This document shows positions 44,343 through 52,101 of a stretch of DNA of 61,904 nucleotides, piece by piece; position 1 is the first letter of the stretch, and every line of letters begins with the position of its first letter. Location of the stretch: contig DATEMY010000434.1 of the NCBI GenBank assembly GCA_035275345.1, positions 1 through 61,904 of the forward strand, written 5' to 3'. This stretch comes from Blastocatellia bacterium. GTDB taxonomy: Bacteria > Acidobacteriota > Blastocatellia > RBC074. The position numbers and the translations under genes were made by a program. The notes beneath the pieces are model-generated. The model did not search any database. It had not been told where the DNA came from and saw only the letters and a program-made list of their open reading frames with translations.

Positions 44343-44876
44343 CTACTCCTCCGATCTCCCGGCCCCTTCAACCTTAAGCTTGGGAATGGTGATCTGAAGA
44401 ATCCCGCTGACAAATTTATTTTTCATTCTTTCCGGCTGGACATTACTGGGCAGTGGAAAGAGCCGTTCGAAACTGCCGTAGGCGCGTTCCGAACTGTGAT
44501 AGGCGCTATCCTCACTCGCTTTTTTGAAACGCCGCATCCCGCGGATTGTGAGGATGTTGTTGGTCTGGGTCACCTTGACGTCTTCCTGTCCCAGCCCAGG
44601 CAACTCCAAATTGATCAGGTAGGCGTCCTGAGTCTCGCAAACCTCCGCCGCCGGCGTCCAGGCGGGGGACTTCGACAATCGCCACGAGATGCCGCTGTTA
44701 ATCAAGCACATGTTCAGTTGATCGATTTCACTTTGAACCAGCGTTACGGGATTGATTCCCTTAGGCAATGGATAGCGGGGTTTTTTTATATCAATCTCCG
44801 GAGCCGGAAGCCCGGTCATTTGCTCGAAGACATCTTTGACATCCGTCAGAACCTGGTCATAAGAGTACATCCTCAT
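44343..44876 (-). CDS. Hsp20/alpha-crystallin family small heat-shock protein with a conserved ~85-aa N-terminal extension (cassette 1)
   Basis: Alpha-crystallin domain AWTPAAEVCETQDAYLINLELPGLGQEDVKVTQTNNILTIRG...ERAYGSFERLFPLPSNV...GILQITIPK. The start is set at MRMYSY (GGAGAG ribosome-binding site, agrees with the paralog) rather than the track start at 44897. Confidence 0.9.
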   Translation of the reverse strand: MRMYSYDQVLTDVKDVFEQMTGLPAPEIDIKKPRYPLPKGINPVTLVQSEIDQLNMCLINSGISWRLSKSPAWTPAAEVCETQDAYLINLELPGLGQEDVKVTQTNNILTIRGMRRFKKASEDSAYHSSERAYGSFERLFPLPSNVQPERMKNKFVSGILQITIPKLKVEGAGRSEE

Positions 44877-45299
44877 AAGCTCTCTCCGTATTTTCATTTT
44901 TTCTTCGTTAGTATCTCAACCGGCTCGCACGAATGTACGGCGAATCGGTTCGTTCGCCGCGGGGCTTTCGTAAGTCTGATCGCGACAGCGCGCCGAAGCG
45001 GCTCGCCAGGCGATGATATGCGATTGGCCTTGATTATTGATCATAGGCGCTCTTGTTCGCGCCTTGCACAGGCGTAAGTATCAGCATTTCCTGTTCCTAA
45101 TTCGGAGATCAGCGAGGTTCTCAAGCAAAATTGCCCTAAATTCGGAGAAATAAGTAATCACAACGCAATGTCAATACATACGGATCGCGGCGCGAGGGCT
45201 AAGCGTTTGTTTGCTGTGATGGGAAGGGGTACGGCGATGTTTTAAGGAACGTTTTGCCGACATACAACCACTGTATGGCGGATGTTCATTCGATGATCG

Positions 45300-45728
45300 T
45301 TAGACAGGCTTTCGATTTGGGCGCCGGTTGTAAACCATGAGCGCCACCGTGTACAGGCACGCCAGACCGATAACAATAAGTGCGCCCCAGAATGAAACCG
45401 GAAGCAGATATGATGCGTTGCTCCCGTCGGTGGCGATCAGGAAGACCCACTCGTCGAGCGCCATCCCCATCCCGACGCCGAAAATCCAGCGCGCCAGATC
45501 GAGCCTGCGCGTCGCCGCGTCAAAAGTCGCCAACGGAATCCCTCCCGCAACGATCAGCAGCAGTCCCGTAAAGAGATGGTGAATGTTATAGCTCCCGACA
45601 TTCAGATCGGTATTGGGCGAAATATGCAGATAGGCGCGCAATAGCGCGAAGGTCAGGCTCATTGAACAGAGCACAATGATCCCGTTCTTATTAATTGCGC
45701 GGGAGGGTGTGGTCGAGTGGTTTTGCAT
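45300..45728 (-). CDS. Small integral membrane protein (about 4 TM segments)
   Basis: Hydrophobic segments IIVLCSMSLTFALL, LFTGLLLIVAGGIPLA, IFGVGMGMAL and WGALIVIGLACLYTVALMV. Lies 16 nt downstream of the cassette-2 AAA+ gene. No counterpart in cassette 1. Confidence 0.65.
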   Translation of the reverse strand: MQNHSTTPSRAINKNGIIVLCSMSLTFALLRAYLHISPNTDLNVGSYNIHHLFTGLLLIVAGGIPLATFDAATRRLDLARWIFGVGMGMALDEWVFLIATDGSNASYLLPVSFWGALIVIGLACLYTVALMVYNRRPNRKPV

Positions 45729-45744
45729 TGTCTTTCCGCGCCTT

Positions 45745-46755
45745 TCATCTCATTGCGAAATGCCCGCCAGGCGCCAAGCGGGGGATCATGACTCGGAAAT
45801 CGAGAAAATTCCGCGGCGGCTCGTGTTTGACCAGCGCCGCCATGCCGGATGTCAATCGCCCGGAGAGCATCAGATCGGAGAGCGGAAACACCAGGTGGTT
45901 TCTAACCGCGCGCTTGATCTGCCGCGCCCTATGCGTCGGATCGTTCAGGCACTGCCTGAGCAAAAAGGATTTCGCCCCCTCCTCGATCCTGAAGCCGATG
46001 CCCGATGAGGCCAGCTTTCGAGCTATCTCGGATAGTTTGCGTTCCAGCAGCGTGATCACGTTCTGCTCGTTGAGGCGCTCAAAAATCACGATCTCGTCAA
46101 TGCGGTTGACGAGAGTGGCGCCTAACAGGTTATCAATCTCTTCCATTAACACCAAGTGCTCCCGCGGCGCCTCCTGGGCGTCGCTCTCATCATCACTAAA
46201 AAAGCCTATGGTTCTGCCTACCAACTGATCAGTCTGCTTCTTTGACAGGTCGCTGGTCAGAATGATGAAAGTGTTGCGGAGTGAAAACATGCAGCCAAGC
46301 GAGTAGAGAACTCCGCGGTCAATCGCTGCGGCCAGATAATCGCGAAAGACGGGCGGCGCCTTCTCAATCTTCTCGAACGCCAGTATGGAGAAAGGAAAAG
46401 GGGTGAACGGAGGGGTTATTTGGGAAAGCATGCTTCCGGCCATCAACTGTTCGTGTAAGCTCGACTCCGCGTATAAGTTCGACTGCGAGTTCGAATGTTT
46501 ACTGAGGATTTGGCAATTGACATAGATCAATTTTCGATCGTCGCCGAGCAGAACTCGGGCGAGCGCTTTAGCGACATGCATTTTGCCCGAATTTGTTGGT
46601 CCTGCGAACAGGAGCGTTGCGAGCGGGTTGTTGGAATTGGAGTTGCGCCCATCGGCCAGAGCCAGCGTAACAGCTCTTGCTAAAGCCGCCACAGCATACT
46701 CGCGCCCTACCATTTGCTCCTGAAGAGCCTGCATTAGATGACTTGAAAAGACCAT
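45745..46755 (-). CDS. Single-domain ClpA/ClpB D2-like AAA+ protein with non-canonical Walker motifs (cassette 2)
   Basis: Paralog of 42121-43140: FAGPTNSGKMHVAKALA, ILAFEKIEKA, NTFIILTSDL, LVNRIDEIVIF. The start is set at MVFSS by alignment with the paralog. The 14-codon extension in the track starts at a TTG. Confidence 0.8.
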   Translation of the reverse strand: MVFSSHLMQALQEQMVGREYAVAALARAVTLALADGRNSNSNNPLATLLFAGPTNSGKMHVAKALARVLLGDDRKLIYVNCQILSKHSNSQSNLYAESSLHEQLMAGSMLSQITPPFTPFPFSILAFEKIEKAPPVFRDYLAAAIDRGVLYSLGCMFSLRNTFIILTSDLSKKQTDQLVGRTIGFFSDDESDAQEAPREHLVLMEEIDNLLGATLVNRIDEIVIFERLNEQNVITLLERKLSEIARKLASSGIGFRIEEGAKSFLLRQCLNDPTHRARQIKRAVRNHLVFPLSDLMLSGRLTSGMAALVKHEPPRNFLDFRVMIPRLAPGGHFAMR

Positions 46756-46973
46756 TTCATACGCCGTTTCTCCAGCGGAGGTTGGTGGATCGTTCAATCC
46801 AAGCCTATCGGCCCAAGCCTATCGCCGCCGCGCATAGGTTGGGCGAGAACGATCCACCGGCCATCGCCGGAGGGATTAAGGGAGGCTGAAGGCCCAGGCC
46901 CTCAGCCTCTCGTCACAAGTCTCCACAGGCTAGACCGTGTGTTCTCCCTGAGCCGCTGGGAAGCGCGGCGCGC

Positions 46974-47621
46974 CTAGAAAGGGATTCCGGCAGTGGGTGA
47001 ACCATACTGCGTCGCCGCGTTCCATACCGCCATCTGAAACGCGTCGGGCTGATGGGGAGTGATCAGCGGCCTGATCGGTAGATGAGTTTGGGCCAGCAGG
47101 GAAGACTGCTGGGCGATCAACGCTCCGGTGATCGGGTCAACGCCCAGAACCGGACCGTTGAGAGGCGTCGGAGCGCCCCATCCGAAGACTTGTTGCGGCG
47201 CCGGATATCCGAACGCTTGCTGTGGGAAGGTGTGCAAACTGAGCGGGACGCCAGGTTGACCGATCCCGCCTCCGAATTGCTGCCCCCAACCCTGATGCAA
47301 GAGCGGGCTGATCCCCTGGCTGAACGGATTGCCCCAGCCGCCATATGGGCTTTGCCCGATCGCCGAATGTTGAGTATGCGGCGGCAGGAGCGCCGGGTTG
47401 GTCGTCGGGATTTGCGCGACCAGTACGGGATGAACATATTGGGTCTGTCCCAACGCGTATGGATTTACCCCGATTCCGCTCAGTCCCGCTATCGGGTTAA
47501 TCGGATACGGAAGCGCCTGGTGTGGAACCATCGGATTGATTCCTCCGAACCCCACGCCATATTGGGGAAAGCCGAAGGCAAACGTTTGAAATGGATTCGT
47601 GATATTCATTCTTGGGAACAT
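46974..47621 (-). CDS. Pro/Gly/Gln-rich low-complexity protein, Lys-, Glu- and Cys-free (cassette 2)
   Basis: AGGAG ribosome-binding site. MFPRMN, PQYGVGFGGINP, VDPITGALIAQQ and LPIRPLITP blocks shared with 43241-43864. Confidence 0.75.
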   Translation of the reverse strand: MFPRMNITNPFQTFAFGFPQYGVGFGGINPMVPHQALPYPINPIAGLSGIGVNPYALGQTQYVHPVLVAQIPTTNPALLPPHTQHSAIGQSPYGGWGNPFSQGISPLLHQGWGQQFGGGIGQPGVPLSLHTFPQQAFGYPAPQQVFGWGAPTPLNGPVLGVDPITGALIAQQSSLLAQTHLPIRPLITPHQPDAFQMAVWNAATQYGSPTAGIPF

Positions 47622-47936
47622 AAAAAAATCTCCTAAAGTTTCATGAGTGTCTCAATGACCTCAGTTAATCGTGATCAAGAGGCGCGTTGGCGCATTCTCG
47701 CGCGCGCGCCTCTCCCTCTCACTTCTCCATGCGATTGTTGAAGCGAGGGTCGACACTAAAGAATGAGACGGAATGCGGACATCCCGACAGCGTCACGACC
47801 GTAAGGAGAGGCTCAATTTTCAGCCTGCCTCACGGGTGTGGGCTACTGACGCGGCGTCGCATCCCCATCCCAGCGATTGTTGTGTGTGACGCGTAAGTTC
47901 TGGCGCTTACGCATGATTGATTCGGCGTAAACCGCC

Positions 47937-48209
47937 CTAGAAGCCTGGCGTCCTCAAATAAGGCGCGATTCCCCAGGCATAATGGAACAGTGGCTGTGTG
48001 TAGGGCGCCGATGGCATCGCGGGCATCATCCCTGTCGTCGTGTAGGGCAATGCCGCGCTCTGCGGCGATCTGGCGGCTAGTTCTGCGAACAATAGATTGA
48101 TCAGCTCGTGTATCTCCTGAAGCTTCTCCATCTCCTCTTGTGAGATCTGTGGGCCGTTCATCTCGTTGGGATTACTGGTTTGGTATTGCGCTGGCGCTGC
48201 AAAAGTCAT
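47937..48209 (-). CDS. 90-aa protein: acidic helix plus Met/Pro/Tyr-rich tail (cassette 2)
   Basis: The ATG at 48209 is preceded by AGGAGG. MTFAAPAQYQ...SQEEMEKLQEIHELINLLFAEL...YAWGIAPYLRTPGF. Confidence 0.75.
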   Translation of the reverse strand: MTFAAPAQYQTSNPNEMNGPQISQEEMEKLQEIHELINLLFAELAARSPQSAALPYTTTGMMPAMPSAPYTQPLFHYAWGIAPYLRTPGF

Positions 48210-48246
48210 TATTTGCCTCCTTCTGAACAAAGAAATAATTCATGGG

Positions 48247-48780
48247 TTAATCCTCTGACCTTCCTGTCCCATTAGCCTTGGCCTTGGGGATGATGATCTG
48301 AAGGATTCCATTGATAAATTTATATTTCATCCTCTCAGGTTGGGTATTGCTCGGTAGTGGAAAGAGCCGCTCGAACGCCCCGTAGATGCGCTCTGAGCTG
48401 TGATAGACGGCCTCTTCAGTCACTTTCTTGAAACGCCGCGCGCCGCGCACCGTGAGTATGTTATTGGCTTGTGTAACCTTGACATCTTCCTGGCCCAGTC
48501 CAGGCAGTTCCAGATTGACCGTATAAGCGTCCTGGGTCTCGTATATTTCCGAGGCCGGCGCCCACGCGGGCGACTTCGCCAACCGAGACGAGATGCCGCT
48601 GTTGATCAGGCACATATTGAGCTGATTGATTTCGCTCTGTACCAGCGTTATCGGATTGACCCCCTTAGGCAGTGGGTAACGTGGTCTTTTGATGTCGATC
48701 TCCGGAGCCGGAAGACCGGTGAGCTGCTCATACACATCTTTGGCGTCTGTTAAAACCTGGTCATAAGAATACATTCTCAT
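48247..48780 (-). CDS. Hsp20/alpha-crystallin family small heat-shock protein (cassette 2)
   Basis: Close paralog of 44343-44876: AWAPASEIYETQDAYTVNLELPGLGQEDVKVTQANNILTVRG...ERIYGAFERLFPLP. GGAGGG ribosome-binding site. Confidence 0.9.
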   Translation of the reverse strand: MRMYSYDQVLTDAKDVYEQLTGLPAPEIDIKRPRYPLPKGVNPITLVQSEINQLNMCLINSGISSRLAKSPAWAPASEIYETQDAYTVNLELPGLGQEDVKVTQANNILTVRGARRFKKVTEEAVYHSSERIYGAFERLFPLPSNTQPERMKYKFINGILQIIIPKAKANGTGRSED

Positions 48781-49268
48781 AAGCCCTCCAATATTTCATT
48801 TTCGATTCTTCGTCAGAATCCCAACCGGCCCGCGCGAATATGCTGCGAATCGGTTAATCGGCAGCAAGTTTTCGTGAGTCTGATCACACGTCAGCTATGA
48901 ATAGACTCGCTCACTATAGCTTGCGATGGCATACGCCCATCATTGAGGATCGTTGTTTGAAACATCAACGATCGGTTTATATTATTTTTTTGTAGACGCC
49001 ATTGACCTACCGCTTTACCTAATCGGAATTCCTCGCATTTCCCGTTCCTCTATTCGAAGATGGGCAAATAAACTCGAAGAGCCAAGTGATCACAACGGCT
49101 TGTCAATTCAATCGGAAAAAAGCGCGGATAAGTCGGTTGATGACATCGAAGGAAAAGGATACGACGATGATGTAAAAAGGTAATGTTGAAACTAGACACA
49201 CTGCGAGGCAAGTTCATTCAATCATCGATCGCCTTAATGTAGCGAGAAAAATGGGCGCCTCGATTGCA

Positions 49269-49323
49269 ATGAGACGGAAGGATGAGACAGGGGAAATGAG
49301 ACAGAGGAAATGAGACAGGGGAA
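49269..49323. repeat. Tandem direct repeat, 4 units of ATGAGAC(A/G)G(G/A)GGAA (13-14 nt)
   Basis: ATGAGACGGAAGG / ATGAGACAGGGGAA / ATGAGACAGAGGAA / ATGAGACAGGGGAA. The word is related to the arms of the hairpins at 21898 and 39935, but no complementary arm lies nearby. Confidence 0.8.
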
Positions 49324-49373
49324 ATCCGATATAAAAAGTTGTGATAAAATTTGTGAATGCATAAGCCGATTGC

Positions 49374-49538
49374 TTGACAGCTTTTTGACGGCTCTGTTAT
49401 AAAGTCTGCGAAATTTAAATATGAACGTGGCGATTTAGGGCGACTTGCTCCACGTAAAAAGACTGCTAAAGAGCCGCTGGGATTCCAGAGAGATTCAACG
49501 AACCCTGCGCACTCTTCAGGCGCGGGGTTTTTGATTTT
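49374..49538 (+). promoter_or_regulatory. Promoter plus short leader ending in an intrinsic terminator (candidate attenuator, riboswitch or small RNA) upstream of the transsulfuration genes
   Basis: TTGACA at 49374-49379, an 18-nt spacer, then TATAAA at 49398-49403. The stem AACCCTGCGC / GCGCGGGGTT (one G-U pair) is followed by TTTGATTTT, ending at 49538. Confidence 0.45.
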
Positions 49539-49604
49539 CCGCTCCTTTGAGATTCTCGCCTTCCAATCGCCATGCGAAACAAAATGAAAACCTCTGGGGA
49601 AGTT

Positions 49605-49641
49605 ATGAATGGGACTTATAAGTCTTATAAGTCCCATTCAT
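49605..49641. repeat. Perfect 18-nt-arm palindrome just upstream of the cystathionine synthase-like gene
   Basis: ATGAATGGGACTTATAAG t CTTATAAGTCCCATTCAT. It contains CTTATAAGT twice in tandem. Confidence 0.85.
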
Positions 49642-49673
49642 AAGGCTCACGAGAATTTTCGGAGGAAACAGCG

Positions 49674-50834
49674 ATGGCGACTGCGGATTATCAATTTCTC
49701 GAAACGATATCATTGCATGGCGGAACGACGCCCGATCCGACGACCGGCGCGATGCTAACGCCGATATATCAGACCACAACCTACAGGCAGCCGGCGGTCG
49801 GAGAGCACAAAGGCTACACCTACAGCCGTTCGGGGAATCCGACCGTGACCGCGCTCGAAGGCCGTCTGGCGGCGATTGAGGGCGCGGAGTTCGCCACGGC
49901 TTATGTAACCGGGCTGGCGGCGACGACAGTCTTGTGCCTGGCGCTGCTCAAAGCCGGCGACAGAGTCGTGTTGTCACAGGCGGTTTATGGCGGCACAGTG
50001 AGACTCTTGAAACAGGTGCTCGCTCAATTCGGGGTCGAATCTGATTTCATCGATACATCCGACTCTGCCGCGCTCGTCAAGGCGCTGGAAGAGCCGGCGA
50101 AGTTTCTCTTCATCGAAACGCCCGCGAATCCTACTTTGAAATTGACCGACATCGAATTGGCCGCGCATCTGTCGAAAGACGCGGGAGCGTTGTTGGTGGT
50201 TGACAACACTCTGCTGACGCCGGCGCTGCAGCGCCCGCTCGATCTGGGCGCAGACATCGTTCTGCATTCCACGACGAAATTCATCGAAGGCCACAACGCG
50301 ACGGTCGGTGGATCGTTGATTACGCGTGACGCCGAATTGCACGAGAAACTGGCCTTCGTTCGCAACGCCATCGGCGCGATCCAGGCGGCCTTCCCCGCGT
50401 GGCTGACGTTACAGGGGGTCAAGACTTTGCCGTTGCGAATGGCGCAGCATTCGGCCAATGCGCTGCGGGTCGCCGAATTCCTGGAATCGCACCCGCGCGT
50501 CGAATGGATCGCCTATCCCGGCCTCGAATCGTTCCCGCAATATGAATTGGCGAAACGACAGCAAACTTCCGGCGGCGCGTTGCTTGCGTTCGAGGTCGAA
50601 GGCGGCGTCGAAGCCGGCGTGCGGTTAATGAATTCGGTCAAGCTCTGTTCGCTGGCCGAAAACCTGGGCGCGGCGGAAACGCTGATCACTCATCCAGTCT
50701 CGATGACGCATGGAGACGTGCCGCCGGAGCAGCGGGCCGCCGCCGGCATCACCGACGGGCTGGTGCGCCTCTCGGTCGGTTTGGAAAACCCTGACGATTT
50801 GATCGCCGATCTCGACCAGGCTTTGAAGCGATAA
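49674..50834 (+). CDS. Cys/Met-metabolism PLP-dependent enzyme (cystathionine gamma-synthase/gamma-lyase-like)
   Basis: YSRSGNPT motif, the PLP-lysine context HSTTKFIEGH, and the C-terminal LVRLSVGLE. Confidence 0.9.
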   Translation: MATADYQFLETISLHGGTTPDPTTGAMLTPIYQTTTYRQPAVGEHKGYTYSRSGNPTVTALEGRLAAIEGAEFATAYVTGLAATTVLCLALLKAGDRVVLSQAVYGGTVRLLKQVLAQFGVESDFIDTSDSAALVKALEEPAKFLFIETPANPTLKLTDIELAAHLSKDAGALLVVDNTLLTPALQRPLDLGADIVLHSTTKFIEGHNATVGGSLITRDAELHEKLAFVRNAIGAIQAAFPAWLTLQGVKTLPLRMAQHSANALRVAEFLESHPRVEWIAYPGLESFPQYELAKRQQTSGGALLAFEVEGGVEAGVRLMNSVKLCSLAENLGAAETLITHPVSMTHGDVPPEQRAAAGITDGLVRLSVGLENPDDLIADLDQALKR

Positions 50835-50903
50835 TAGTGAGCAGTGGGCAGTGTGCAGTGGGCAGTGAAGAGATCAAAGCCGCCCACTGCCCACCGCCCA
50901 CTT
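50835..50903. repeat. Heptamer-array imperfect hairpin (GCAGTGG words facing (C/T)GCCCAC words)
   Basis: GCAGTGG GCAGTGT GCAGTGG GCAGTGA at 50841-50868. CGCCCAC TGCCCAC CGCCCAC at 50881-50901. Confidence 0.7.
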
Positions 50904-50925
50904 ATTGTGGGAGGAAAGTTCAACC

Positions 50926-52101
50926 ATGAAGACCGCAACGCAATGCGTACATTTCAATTCGAATGACGACCCGCACTGTTCGATCTCCCCGCCGATCTAT
51001 CAGACGGCCACTTTTCGCCAACCCTCGGCGGACGAGTTCGGCGAATACGATTACACGCGCACCGGAAACCCGACTCGCAGCCTGGTCGAAGGACAGATCG
51101 CCAGGCTGGAAGGCGCCGAATACGCTTGCGCCTTCTCAAGCGGGATGGCCGCCATCAGCGCGCTGACGCGTTTCGCCGTCGCCGGGGATGAGATCATCGC
51201 CGGCGACGACCTTTACGGCGGCACGGTGCGACTGCTCGATCAAATTCTGCCCCGCCTGGGAATCCACGTGCGCTACGTCGACGTGACGGATGTCGCGGCG
51301 GCGCGCGAAGCTTTGAATCCGCGCGTCAAGCTAATCCTGATCGAAACCCCGTCGAACCCGACTATGCGCATCGCTGACATTCGCGCTCTGGCAGGAGTCG
51401 CGCGCGAAGCGGGCGCCTTATTGGCCGTCGACAACTCGATGCTCTCGCCATGCTTTCAAAAACCGCTCAAACTCGGCGCGGACGTCGTCGTTCATTCGGC
51501 CACGAAATTCCTCTGCGGCCACAGCGACGTGACCGCGGGCGCTCTGGTCACGAACGATTACGATCTCCATCGTCAGATAGCCTTTGATCAGAACGCGGAA
51601 GGCGCTGGTTTGAGTCCGTTCGATTCCTGGTTGCTGCTGCGGGGGATGAAGACGCTTTCCTTGCGCGTCGAACGTCAGAACGAATCGGCGCTGAAAATCG
51701 CCGAATTCCTGTCGCTGCGCCCGGAGGTTGACCGGGTTTATTATCCGGGCCTCGCCGATCATCCCGGACACGAGATTCATCGCAATCAATCAATAGGAGA
51801 TGGCGCGGTCATTAGCTTCACGACCGGCGCCGTAGAAGTTTCGCGACAGGTGGTCGAGGCTACCAGGCTTTTCGACATCGCGGTCAGCTTCGGATCAGTC
51901 AACTCGACCATCAGTCTGCCTTGCCGGATGTCGCACGCCAGCATCCCGCAGACGCTTCGCGACAGACTCGCGCCCCCACCCGATCTTGTGCGTATCTCGG
52001 TCGGCATCGAAGATGTTGATGATTTGATCGAAGACTTGTCGCGGGCATTTGCAATGGCTGAGGCCGGCGAGGACGCAGTTTCCGCAGCATTCGTCGCTTA
52101 A
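50926..52101 (+). CDS. Cys/Met-metabolism PLP-dependent enzyme (cystathionine beta-lyase-like)
   Basis: YTRTGNPT, HSATKFLCGHSD and LVRISVGIED motifs. The start is set at the ATG at 50926, preceded by GGAGGA. Confidence 0.9.
   Translation: MKTATQCVHFNSNDDPHCSISPPIYQTATFRQPSADEFGEYDYTRTGNPTRSLVEGQIARLEGAEYACAFSSGMAAISALTRFAVAGDEIIAGDDLYGGTVRLLDQILPRLGIHVRYVDVTDVAAAREALNPRVKLILIETPSNPTMRIADIRALAGVAREAGALLAVDNSMLSPCFQKPLKLGADVVVHSATKFLCGHSDVTAGALVTNDYDLHRQIAFDQNAEGAGLSPFDSWLLLRGMKTLSLRVERQNESALKIAEFLSLRPEVDRVYYPGLADHPGHEIHRNQSIGDGAVISFTTGAVEVSRQVVEATRLFDIAVSFGSVNSTISLPCRMSHASIPQTLRDRLAPPPDLVRISVGIEDVDDLIEDLSRAFAMAEAGEDAVSAAFVA

Noticed and set aside
42121-48780. A gas-vesicle-type cluster, since GvpH is an Hsp20-like protein and GvpN is an AAA+ protein.
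   Set aside because: No GvpA/GvpJ-like small hydrophobic shell protein and no GvpF/L-like genes are present. The AAA+ protein is of ClpB-D2 type rather than GvpN/MoxR type.
49405-49500. A SAM-I (S-box) riboswitch upstream of the Cys/Met genes.
   Set aside because: I could not find the conserved S-box core elements as I recall them. The region is kept only as an unclassified candidate leader.
49218-49637. 139-aa minus-strand ORF in the region upstream of the transsulfuration genes.
   Set aside because: It runs through the tandem 14-mers, the promoter, the terminator and the palindrome. Its translation has an odd composition, and there is no ribosome-binding site.
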